Virus record (IMG/VR): IMGVR_UViG_3300022670_000276
Location: 1 to 42,829 of that record
Direction: 5' to 3' (one strand)
Origin: a virus
Taxonomy: Duplodnaviria; Caudoviricetes
Length of the DNA: 42,829 nucleotides
Made by a program: the position numbers and the translations under genes. Positions within the stretch are counted from its first letter, which is position 1, and each line of letters opens with the position of its first letter. Shown here piece after piece: positions 35,326-42,829 of the stretch. Below the pieces are notes generated by a model, which ran no database searches, had not been told where the DNA came from, and worked only from the letters and a program-made list of their open reading frames with translations.

Positions 35326-35475
35326 GTTATTTGATTTAATTAGCTGTTTTATGCGTGATAGACCACTGACATCATAAGGACTCACGATAGGAATTTTAAC
35401 AACAACCGGTTTGTTACGATTTATTATTCTCTTTGGTTCATATGGATTGACAATATCCCCATATTTATTAGTCAT
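35314..35475 (-). CDS. Small hypothetical protein (53 aa) whose stop lies inside the tRNA-like element
   Basis: MTNKYGDIVNPYEPKR...KSNNGIT*; starts 2 nt after the upstream stop. Confidence 0.5.
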   Translation of the reverse strand: MTNKYGDIVNPYEPKRIINRNKPVVVKIPIVSPYDVSGLSRIKQLIKSNNGIT

Positions 35476-35477
35476 GA

Positions 35478-35756
35478 TTACACTCCTGCTCCTTCGCTTA
35501 AATTTAAACGCAAACCTGTTCCAAGTTCAATATGTCCCAGATCTATTTGGTTATGAATGGCTGATTGAATCTCTTCATGGGAGTAATTCTCCATCTTCAA
35601 AAGTTTAATTAATTTTGATGGAGAGATACTGTTTTTATTTTCAACAAAAAATTTTTTAATCATCCCTAACAATTCTTCTTTTCTAGCTAGCTTTCTTGCA
35701 ATTGTTCTTTTTCCATTCCTTTTTGAAGAAAAATCACGATCAAATACCCAACCCAT
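35478..35756 (-). CDS. Hypothetical protein, possibly winged-helix
   Basis: AGGAG RBS; helix-helix-strand pattern in the C-terminal half. Confidence 0.65.
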   Translation of the reverse strand: MGWVFDRDFSSKRNGKRTIARKLARKEELLGMIKKFFVENKNSISPSKLIKLLKMENYSHEEIQSAIHNQIDLGHIELGTGLRLNLSEGAGV

Positions 35757-35780
35757 AATAAACTCCTATTTACGTTTGTT

Positions 35781-35966
35781 TTAAGGGCAGCATCTTGGAC
35801 TGCCACCGCAGTAAAATTCATCATCTTCTGTAACATCTTCTGGTTCCATGCCTAAGCAATCATCATCAATGTCTTTATCACAAACACAGCACACCGCTGA
35901 TACTAGTTCAACTTCTTCTTCAACGTATGTTTGGCATTCCATTACCCATTGTCCAAAGGGTTTCAT
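35781..35966 (-). CDS. Small acidic Cys-rich protein
   Basis: CCVC...FYCGGSPRCCP. Confidence 0.7.
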   Translation of the reverse strand: MKPFGQWVMECQTYVEEEVELVSAVCCVCDKDIDDDCLGMEPEDVTEDDEFYCGGSPRCCP

Positions 35967-36226
35967 TATAGATCCTTCTTTTTGTTCTTCTTACATGATA
36001 AATACATATTGAACAGGTTGTTAGCGATAAATGTTAAGCCACCAATCATTGATATCAGCAAAGCCCAGTCAGCCATTACCCAATCGGCCATGATCCAACT
36101 GTTACTTAATTCCACGACTTCAGCTGCTGCTGCTGAGTTAATCCCTACGATTGTGATTATAGAACTGGCCCCGATGCGATCTATCTGGCTACTCATCATC
36201 TCTGCGCTTACGCTTAGAAGTTTCAT
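35966..36226 (-). CDS. Holin-like membrane protein
   Basis: 86 aa, hydrophobic helices, basic C-terminus KKNKKK; lysis-cassette position after ninG. Confidence 0.55.
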   Translation of the reverse strand: MKLLSVSAEMMSSQIDRIGASSIITIVGINSAAAAEVVELSNSWIMADWVMADWALLISMIGGLTFIANNLFNMYLSCKKNKKKDL

Positions 36227-36678
36227 TGTGGATCCTTTTCAGAACGCTGATAACTTTGATTATCACAATTATCGAATAAATCGATAGAAGTGTCAGCTCT
36301 ATCCATGCGCCTGAATCCATAAAATAATCTCTTAATCCAAGGTAGAATGGATACAATAATTAACAGTGAAGTTAGTATGAATCCTAACACAGGTGCATAA
36401 CTATCTAAATTATCAAACACTAAATTCACGATTGGGCTGATATTGGCAGAATAGAGACAGGAAATTAAAGACCAGAACATAGTAAAGAATATTGATATAG
36501 CTAAGATGATACACATATGTTGTCTTACAATATAGTTAACACGGCTAACACTAACCCACCAGAAGAAAAAGATGTCAATGTTAGCGACAATAATGAGATT
36601 TTGCCACGTTGCATCTTCTATCACAAAAATTAGCATAACACTTACAAGACATGATAGGAGAGCTATCAGCAATGCCAT
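36223..36678 (-). CDS. Multi-pass membrane protein
   Basis: About four hydrophobic segments; coupled to the holin-like gene. Confidence 0.7.
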   Translation of the reverse strand: MALLIALLSCLVSVMLIFVIEDATWQNLIIVANIDIFFFWWVSVSRVNYIVRQHMCIILAISIFFTMFWSLISCLYSANISPIVNLVFDNLDSYAPVLGFILTSLLIIVSILPWIKRLFYGFRRMDRADTSIDLFDNCDNQSYQRSEKDPQ

Positions 36679-36713
36679 ATTATTTCCCTTTTTTACGTTT
36701 TTGATTCTTAGGT

Positions 36714-36947
36714 TTATTGTTGGTTTTTATTTTGGTTGGTTTTTTCTTTTGTGGAGGGCGTTTCAATTTTTTCAATATTCCAACCATAATTATCAACCTG
36801 TGTATTAACTGAGTCTTTAGAAAAATACATAATAGTGATTAATATAACAAGAACGATAAGCAGCATGCAATAAAACGCATCTTCTTTGGGGGAAAACTCG
36901 GGTCTGGGATGGATTAACATAACTATCACCAAATAGTTGGTCACCAA
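36714..36947 (-). CDS. Single-pass membrane protein
   Basis: One hydrophobic helix; start uncertain. Confidence 0.55.
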   Translation of the reverse strand: MVTNYLVIVMLIHPRPEFSPKEDAFYCMLLIVLVILITIMYFSKDSVNTQVDNYGWNIEKIETPSTKEKTNQNKNQQ

Positions 36948-36959
36948 TTTAAATTAAGA

Positions 36960-37006
36960 GCCAGGCTGATTGGTGTGTCAGCTCTTCGGCGGCTAAGCCT
37001 AGGCAT
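36960..37006 (-). ncRNA. Structured RNA motif, copy 2
   Basis: Shares TATGCCTAGGCTTAGC with copy 1; hairpins GGC-TTAGCC-GCC and GCTGA-CACACCAA-TCAGC; closing CTGGC. Confidence 0.65.
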
Positions 37007-37012
37007 ACTTAT

Positions 37013-37041
37013 ATCGTACTCCGCTTTACTAAAAAGGTCTA
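37013..37041 (-). promoter_or_regulatory. Candidate sigma70 promoter (pR'-like position after ninG)
   Basis: TAGACC-17 nt-TACGAT at nearly the same distance from the RNA motif as in copy 1. Confidence 0.5.
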
Positions 37042-37661
37042 TCGCTATCGTCTGGGTTATTGTCTCTGATTAATTTGGAGTAAAAAGCCCGAATTTCTAT
37101 TAGTTGCTCACAAGTATAATTTTTAGGCTCGTGGTACGAATCGAGCCAGTCAACATACTCTTGACCGTAGCGTTCAACCAATCCGACAGTGTAACCCTTA
37201 GTGGTTTTATTGCCTGATATGTTGCCTGATAGTCTCAGGTTACAATACTGGTTGCATTGTTTATGAATATTGCGAGTATCCAGGGCTAGTTCGGAATGTC
37301 CACCAGCTGTTTTACAATGACCACCGCAATACTGAATCTTTGGATTAGTATTGCCACAACTGATACACGCTTTGCCAAAGTCACGAACATGATTGACCCA
37401 GTGCTGAATTTTTGACTTAGTTAATTGAAACTGATGTTTCCTGTCATTCTTTTTAAGCTCCGTAACAGCCTTTTTAGCGTCTTTATCTTCTTTGACTTGT
37501 GATTGCCTTAGTTTAGTAATTAACTTGGCTTGTTTTTTCTCCTGCTTAACTCTAGCGAATTTATAGGCGCAATCCACGTCACAAAATACACCAACATTTG
37601 TTTTAATGAAATCTTCAGTCCATTTAGGGCAAAATTTACACTTGCGCTTAGCTACACTCAT
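37029..37661 (-). CDS. ninG: NinG/Rap-family endonuclease
   Basis: CKFC, RDFGKACISCG, GGH, NIHKQCNQYCN.LSGNI, Y...L.ERYG. Confidence 0.88.
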   Translation of the reverse strand: MSVAKRKCKFCPKWTEDFIKTNVGVFCDVDCAYKFARVKQEKKQAKLITKLRQSQVKEDKDAKKAVTELKKNDRKHQFQLTKSKIQHWVNHVRDFGKACISCGNTNPKIQYCGGHCKTAGGHSELALDTRNIHKQCNQYCNLRLSGNISGNKTTKGYTVGLVERYGQEYVDWLDSYHEPKNYTCEQLIEIRAFYSKLIRDNNPDDSDRPF

Positions 37662-38080
37662 TCGTTTTGCATACTCATTAAATTTTTATACTCGCTATCA
37701 TCTGGAATTGTCAGCTCAATCATTTTATCCATTGACCAGTGTTCTATCTGGTTTAAATAAAAATGCATTTCGCCAGTGTCTAAAAGTTTTGTTGATTTGA
37801 CCGATGTCTGACCAACTGGTAATGGCACTATTTTTTCAGGGCACCAGTATTTTTTGAAGTATTCGTGCCAGGTATCAGTGTCAAAATAAGTTTCGTTAAC
37901 TTGTTGCTGTATGGCGATTTCACCCAGCCATTTCCAATAAAGTGAATTCTGACTCAAACTTCTTTTGTCGCGCCACTCAACAATCTTAACCCTATACCGC
38001 TTATCAGTGCTAGCTAGTTCACAGCACAATTCCCAAAACTGAGATAGGGTTGATTTAGATAGGCAAAAATCATTTTTCAT
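37658..38080 (-). CDS. NinB/YbcN-like recombination accessory protein
   Basis: KRSLSQNSLYWKWLGEIA, WHEYFK, STKLLDTGEMHFYLNQIE. Confidence 0.85.
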   Translation of the reverse strand: MKNDFCLSKSTLSQFWELCCELASTDKRYRVKIVEWRDKRSLSQNSLYWKWLGEIAIQQQVNETYFDTDTWHEYFKKYWCPEKIVPLPVGQTSVKSTKLLDTGEMHFYLNQIEHWSMDKMIELTIPDDSEYKNLMSMQNE

Positions 38081-38390
38081 TGTCTTTTTCTTCGAGTTTA
38101 CGATTAAGACGGATTATTTCCTTTTCACGCTTTATCCCTAAATCGACTTGATCATTATGTTGCAATGCTTGAAAGTTAATCATAGCTTCTTGTTGTAATA
38201 CTTTTATTTCAAACTCTGCTATGCATTCTTGATTGGCATCGTATGCGTTTATTGCAATATGGGCATACTCGGTTTCGTCGCGATTCATTAATCTGAAATC
38301 GTTATGACCGTGGTCGATCATTGGCAACTCAAACACATCACTCATTTTAATATTATTCATCATCTTCTCCAATCCATGATTCGGGATCAT
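38070..38390 (-). CDS. Hypothetical protein
   Basis: Coupled ORF; the true start is probably a downstream Met. Confidence 0.65.
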   Translation of the reverse strand: MIPNHGLEKMMNNIKMSDVFELPMIDHGHNDFRLMNRDETEYAHIAINAYDANQECIAEFEIKVLQQEAMINFQALQHNDQVDLGIKREKEIIRLNRKLEEKDNEK

Positions 38391-38556
38391 CTTGCCTTAA
38401 TACACGGCTCAATTTTCTCTTTTCAGCTGCATCATGAGCGCTCTTTAGCTCTTTAGCATCCCTGGCTATTTTAGTGTTTAACCGTTCATCAGAAAACATA
38501 CTGTTCTCTCTGTCATCACCATCAAAACCTGTTCCGTTGAATTTTCTGAGTGTCAT
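38353..38556 (-). CDS. Hypothetical protein
   Basis: 67 aa, AAGGGG RBS. Confidence 0.65.
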   Translation of the reverse strand: MTLRKFNGTGFDGDDRENSMFSDERLNTKIARDAKELKSAHDAAEKRKLSRVLRQDDPESWIGEDDE

Positions 38557-38567
38557 GTTATTTCCCC

Positions 38568-38945
38568 TTAAAAAGATATTTCACATTGTTTAAAGTACAA
38601 CTCTGTTGCTATCTTTTTTAAATTCTCAGGTGTAGCCTCGACTCCAATTTGATGCAAAACACCAACAAGGAAACCGAGTGCCCGACCGTTATAATGTACC
38701 TTCATCCAATAGTATGAATGGTCGAACTTTCTAAGTTGGGCACTATAGAACCTGGTTCGCTCTATCATACCGGCGTTTAACGCTAATATTTTACAGTCGC
38801 TGATTTTCGATATTGCGGCGGTGCTTGCAGATGGTTGCTTTGATTTAACACCACTTGCATCAGCCTTTGGTGCAATGACCGCACAAATTACAATTGCTAT
38901 CAGGACAGGTATCAAAAATAATGATGGTTCTCTTGATTTACGCAT
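38568..38945 (-). CDS. Exported/membrane-anchored hypothetical protein
   Basis: Start moved to MRKSREP; signal-peptide-like segment ending ADA. Confidence 0.65.
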   Translation of the reverse strand: MRKSREPSLFLIPVLIAIVICAVIAPKADASGVKSKQPSASTAAISKISDCKILALNAGMIERTRFYSAQLRKFDHSYYWMKVHYNGRALGFLVGVLHQIGVEATPENLKKIATELYFKQCEISF

Positions 38946-39213
38946 TAGTATATTCCTTAATTTTTTGTTGTTCACACTCTTCTTCGAATTCTTCGCCGTC
39001 AATGCGCATTAAATTCTTTTCTCGGTTATTGTAATCACCAGGGGCTTCTTTACCATTTTTATAAACACCTTTCATATATCTATCGACTTCCCAATAATCA
39101 TCACCACGAAATCCAGCAATTACACCTATAAACTTACCTACTATGACCGTCCCAAAATTCCCAGCTCTACTATGAGTGATTAATGCTGTACATCCTTCTT
39201 TAATTGGTTTCAT
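38938..39213 (-). CDS. Hypothetical protein
   Basis: 91 aa, TAAGGA RBS, EKNLMRID motif. Confidence 0.7.
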   Translation of the reverse strand: MKPIKEGCTALITHSRAGNFGTVIVGKFIGVIAGFRGDDYWEVDRYMKGVYKNGKEAPGDYNNREKNLMRIDGEEFEEECEQQKIKEYTNA

Positions 39214-39224
39214 TGGTCTGTTCC

Positions 39225-39398
39225 TTATTTATCAGTGCCTATCTGTTCAGAGTAGGTTATTTTAGTGTCGTGAGCTTCACGCCAGTTCGGTATGTATTTA
39301 TCAAGCCAGCTTATTGCCTCATCATCAGTCTTGAACTTTTCATTCCATTTTACATAATAGATAAGCTCGTTGATTTCAGTGTCAGATTTTAACTGCAT
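39225..39398 (-). CDS. Small hypothetical protein (57 aa), missed by the ORF track
   Basis: MQLKSDTEINELIYYVKWNE...WLDKYIPNWRE; fills the gap in the operon. Confidence 0.6.
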   Translation of the reverse strand: MQLKSDTEINELIYYVKWNEKFKTDDEAISWLDKYIPNWREAHDTKITYSEQIGTDK

Positions 39399-39402
39399 GG
39401 TT

Positions 39403-39930
39403 TTATTCCAAACCTAAATATTTTTTATAACTAACCTTTAGCCCATCGACTAAAAAGCCCCATGTGCCGCGATATTTACCGGTGACAAATAACGTATAAA
39501 CACCACCTTCTGATACCCTAGTTATTCTGTGGTATTCGCCAAAATTCAAACAAGAAGTGTCACCAGTTCTACGGCTATGATAAGAATGTAAATCGACAGT
39601 TTCTCCAGTTAATATCTTAAAACGATTAAAAAAACGTTCTTCTGTATACCAACCTTTCATGATAAAGGTACGAGCATTCCACGGGTGATCATGTAAGTCT
39701 CTATCATTATCAGGCTTGACTATTTTATGAATACGAATAGACAAAGGGAACCAACTATAACGACTCTTTTCACCTGACTCTGGATAGGGATTAAATAACC
39801 AGTATCGCTCCATGTATAGCTCTTTGTCTTGCTCGCCGTAAATATGAGTGTAAGGCGTCTTTTTAGCCCTGTTCAATAAGTAATTAAACACCTTCGGGTG
39901 ACTGAGTATTTTTGCGATTAACTGGTACAT
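39403..39930 (-). CDS. Cupin-like phage protein
   Basis: LHDHPW...GWYTE...YHRI metal-binding pattern. Confidence 0.75.
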   Translation of the reverse strand: MYQLIAKILSHPKVFNYLLNRAKKTPYTHIYGEQDKELYMERYWLFNPYPESGEKSRYSWFPLSIRIHKIVKPDNDRDLHDHPWNARTFIMKGWYTEERFFNRFKILTGETVDLHSYHSRRTGDTSCLNFGEYHRITRVSEGGVYTLFVTGKYRGTWGFLVDGLKVSYKKYLGLE

Positions 39931-40274
39931 TAGCTTTTGTTATCCCTTAGTTGTTGTGCGCAAACTCTAAGTCTTGTCAGCGTCAAAGCATTGCCATGTT
40001 TATCTGACACAAATCTGATAAACTCATCAACAGCATTGGCTCTATCGATAGAAAGGCATAATTTAGGATCTTTGATTGCCCCAGACAATGCACCGCACAA
40101 AGTTGAATCATTAATATCAATCCATGAGTCGCCGTTATCTTCGCAAACAACATGCTTATTAATTATTGATATTCGATTTTTTAAATGAGAAACCAGAGCT
40201 GTCAACGCTTTAATTTCTTCACCTAGTTTCTCTTTATCGCAAGTAGTGCCGCAACAATTGTCTAGTTCACTCAT
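39930..40274 (-). CDS. Hypothetical protein
   Basis: 114-aa coupled ORF. Confidence 0.65.
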   Translation of the reverse strand: MSELDNCCGTTCDKEKLGEEIKALTALVSHLKNRISIINKHVVCEDNGDSWIDINDSTLCGALSGAIKDPKLCLSIDRANAVDEFIRFVSDKHGNALTLTRLRVCAQQLRDNKS

Positions 40275-40282
40275 ATCTATTC

Positions 40283-40663
40283 CTATGCTCTTTTGACGCG
40301 ACGATAACGGCGCTTTAAATTAGTTGATTCTTCGACTTGCTGAAGATGATCTGGGTTACAGCAACACCGATTCTCACATAAATGATCAACCACATATCGA
40401 ATCTTTCGACCAACTTTAAACTCTTTACCGGATAACTGGTAAACATGAACATGAGACATCACTCGATCACCGTTAACCCATAACCGGCCATAGCCATTGC
40501 GGTTTATTTCTCCCTGCCATTCCCAGCATAAAGTTAACGCACCAGTATTGTTATAGAGAATTTTTGACGTTATGTATCCAGGCAGATTTGCAACCTGAAC
40601 AACATCACTTATTGATGAGCACAATTTAGCTAAGGTTGTTATCGCTGCAACTGATTTATTCAT
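40283..40663 (-). CDS. HNH_3 endonuclease
   Basis: CWEWQG...NGYG, VDHLCENRCCCNPDHL...N. Confidence 0.88.
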   Translation of the reverse strand: MNKSVAAITTLAKLCSSISDVVQVANLPGYITSKILYNNTGALTLCWEWQGEINRNGYGRLWVNGDRVMSHVHVYQLSGKEFKVGRKIRYVVDHLCENRCCCNPDHLQQVEESTNLKRRYRRVKRA

Positions 40664-40666
40664 CAG

Positions 40667-41011
40667 TTATTCCTTATTGTCGCTTAATAAAACAAACATA
40701 TTGATACCCATTACTATCATTAATTTATGTTTATCAACTAATTTTTTGATTAACAGTTTTTTATTATCTCTATATTCTGCTTTTTTATTGTCCTTACATA
40801 TCAGACAATGTCTGGCACTGCGAGATTTTGGAGCCATATGACCATGCTTACAAGGTTTACCAGTGAAATAATACAAAGATTTCATTTCATAAGCTGCTTT
40901 TTCAGTGGGTGGTAAATTCTTTATTTCTTTTTCTGTCAAAAATCTCCATGCAGCTTTTAATGGACGATGTTTAATATTAGCCATGCTAATAACCTTGCTC
41001 ACTGGCTTCAT
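40667..41011 (-). CDS. Zn-ribbon protein
   Basis: YYFTGKPCKHGH...CLIC motif. Confidence 0.7.
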   Translation of the reverse strand: MKPVSKVISMANIKHRPLKAAWRFLTEKEIKNLPPTEKAAYEMKSLYYFTGKPCKHGHMAPKSRSARHCLICKDNKKAEYRDNKKLLIKKLVDKHKLMIVMGINMFVLLSDNKE

Positions 41012-41393
41012 TGAGTATTTTATTTCTGAGAGCTTTGTAAAATTTAACTAAATACATGGTTGGCCGGTCGCAATCAAGTTTAGTCATTGGGCAAAAATAG
41101 AATTGAGATAAAATGTCTTTTTTTTCTGACCAATCTTCTATAGTCCATCTGGTCATTTGGGAAAGTTTATTAATCAAACTTAGGTTGTTATAAATTGACA
41201 TCGTTATATTTTGCCAATATCTATAATCCTGTTGTGAATGATAAGTACAGGTATTATGACCACCGTAATCAATGGTTGCATCAAGAGGACAACCACAACA
41301 ACATTTTTTTACTTGTTGTTGAGAGATTGCTTTTTTCTGGTCATTGGCTTTTAAATGTTTCCTGACAAGATTAGAAGCGCGATTATCTACCAT
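40986..41393 (-). CDS. Cys/His protein following the initiator domain
   Basis: CCCGCPL...CTYH. Confidence 0.7.
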   Translation of the reverse strand: MVDNRASNLVRKHLKANDQKKAISQQQVKKCCCGCPLDATIDYGGHNTCTYHSQQDYRYWQNITMSIYNNLSLINKLSQMTRWTIEDWSEKKDILSQFYFCPMTKLDCDRPTMYLVKFYKALRNKILNEASEQGY

Positions 41394-41874
41394 GATAATG
41401 ACCTTCTAAAATTTTTGCCAGGTTAGCCGGTTTACAGACCCACTCTAACGATATTTTAAATGGTCTTCTGTCACTGGATTGAACTTTACCCATTAAAAAT
41501 TCACTTTGTTCTATGACTTGAAAAAATCCTTTCCAATCACCGATGGTTTTAAAATCATTTTTAATTCGTGCCTGAATACTTGCTTTTCTGGTAGCTGTAA
41601 TCATTTCCATTTGCCTGGCATAGGTATCGACAAACATCTCATTCCACAACTCAACAACAGCGGTAACGGATAAACCAAGTTCTCTTTTTATTTTTACCTT
41701 CTCAGGCTGAGTTGGTGTAATTTGAACTTCTATGCTTTCAAGCTGTTCAAGAATTGCTAATAATAAATGAGCTTCAACTGATTTAGTTTCTAATCTACCA
41801 TTTTTATCTCCAGCTAAACCAGTTCGACAAGTAATAAGCCCATATTCTCTTCTTTCAAAATTATTAGTACTCAT
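41383..41874 (-). CDS. Protein with the C-terminal domain of lambdoid replication initiators; no recognisable origin-binding domain
   Basis: VVELWNE...RKASIQAR...W..FF..I..SEFLMG...LEWVCKPANLAKILEGHY. Confidence 0.7.
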   Translation of the reverse strand: MSTNNFERREYGLITCRTGLAGDKNGRLETKSVEAHLLLAILEQLESIEVQITPTQPEKVKIKRELGLSVTAVVELWNEMFVDTYARQMEMITATRKASIQARIKNDFKTIGDWKGFFQVIEQSEFLMGKVQSSDRRPFKISLEWVCKPANLAKILEGHYHGR

Positions 41875-42521
41875 TTGTTCGCCTCCTGCCAAACCTTAAG
41901 GTCTGGAATAGAGACCTTTCTGTTCTTAAATTCATCGCCGGTGGGTGTGGGCATTTTGTCTTGATTTAGAACCAAGCTTCTATCGAATCCGGTAGGCCCT
42001 GGACCCGTGGCCAACCATTTATAACCACGAGAATAATGAATGTAATTAATATTAAATAATTCAAAGTAACTTGCATCCGGCAAATCCTTCAGCCAGTGGC
42101 GAGTCTCGTGTTTTGATACCAGATTTGGCGCATCGTCACTATCCTGAAATACTCCTTTGTAATCTGTTACATAATAAAATGGCCCATCACCTTCTGTGTA
42201 TCCTGACCAACAGATGCTGTTACCATTCATGGATACCAACCTAAAGACATCGCCGTATTCTGTTTTATATTCATCCTCAACCTTAGCTGTACTTAATTCC
42301 ATCACCAGCTTGTCGTGTGATATAACTAGAGAAAAATTTTCTTGAAGCCATTTTGGACTTACACCGTGAACATTACCTGTATCTGAAGACGAAAAATAAA
42401 AACTATCATGATCATCATCAGGAGTTATATTTAAAGTATAATTTTTACCCATAGAAAAATATGTCATCATTGGTCTATTTGGTGTCCATTCTTGTCCAGA
42501 TTTTAGTTCGATATCTTTCAT
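41871..42521 (-). CDS. Hypothetical protein
   Basis: 216-aa ORF, TAAGGA RBS. Confidence 0.7.
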   Translation of the reverse strand: MKDIELKSGQEWTPNRPMMTYFSMGKNYTLNITPDDDHDSFYFSSSDTGNVHGVSPKWLQENFSLVISHDKLVMELSTAKVEDEYKTEYGDVFRLVSMNGNSICWSGYTEGDGPFYYVTDYKGVFQDSDDAPNLVSKHETRHWLKDLPDASYFELFNINYIHYSRGYKWLATGPGPTGFDRSLVLNQDKMPTPTGDEFKNRKVSIPDLKVWQEANK

Positions 42522-42685
42522 TTGGTGGATCCTTATTTATATATGACTTTGGTGGATTGTTGAGTAAAAGGTAAAAGAACCCCAAACCCAAATTTTAATA
42601 GGTTTAGATCCTTTACCTCAATGTTATGACTTCGGAGCCATCGCATCGCATCGGTAATCTATTATTATCAAAGTTAAATAGATTC

Positions 42686-42829
42686 ACCATCATTCCACTC
42701 TTTGAAGTGTCCAGCCCCCTGTAATGGCTTTAGAACTCAGTTTCAGTATGGGCGATCATTGTACTGATTTAAGCAATAACCCAATCGAGATTCCCAAAGG
42801 TAGACGTATAAACTATTGCCGAGTGGCTG
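42686..42829. repeat. Direct terminal repeat, right copy (144 bp)
   Basis: Identical to 1-144. Confidence 0.97.

Noticed and set aside
1-42829. CRISPR array, reverse transcriptase/DGR, group I/II intron or intein
   Set aside because: I saw no regularly spaced repeats or RT motif, and terminase, portal, capsid and RtcB are uninterrupted at normal lengths.

Overview
The window looks like a complete, circularly closed genome of a tailed dsDNA phage with a short P22-like (podoviral) tail. Positions 1-144 are repeated exactly at 42686-42829, giving a 42,685-bp unit. It is AT-rich with sigma70-type promoters, so the host is probably a gammaproteobacterium (inference). Two divergent promoters at 1732-1813 split it into two arms. 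The short rightward arm carries a Rad52/Sak annealase, an HNH nuclease, a DEDDh exonuclease and a lysozyme-like protein. The long leftward arm carries an XRE HTH gene, a structured non-coding region, the C-terminal domain of a replication initiator, NinB/NinG, holin-like genes, an RtcB island, terminase, portal, GroES, scaffold, capsid, P22 gp4/gp10/gp14/ejection-like genes and a tailspike. I recognised no integrase, full-length CI repressor, Q/N antiterminator, helicase, primase or polymerase. The most unusual part is an RNA-centred island at 33064-35325. In order, it holds a 70-nt D-armless tRNA-Cys-like element, a UGA-containing mini-ORF, a 116-aa ORF, a promoter with a structured RNA motif (second covarying copy at 36960-37006), an intact rtcB RNA ligase, and an HNH gene whose stop codon lies inside the T-arm of a tRNA-Pro-like 3' end. 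Other notable items are a C4-like antisense/attenuator plus about 340 nt of structured sequence where the origin-binding half of the initiator should be, a free-standing copy of the tailspike head-binding domain, and a DUF2829/Tad2-like gene between terminase and portal. All family calls come from reading motifs by eye; no searches were run.
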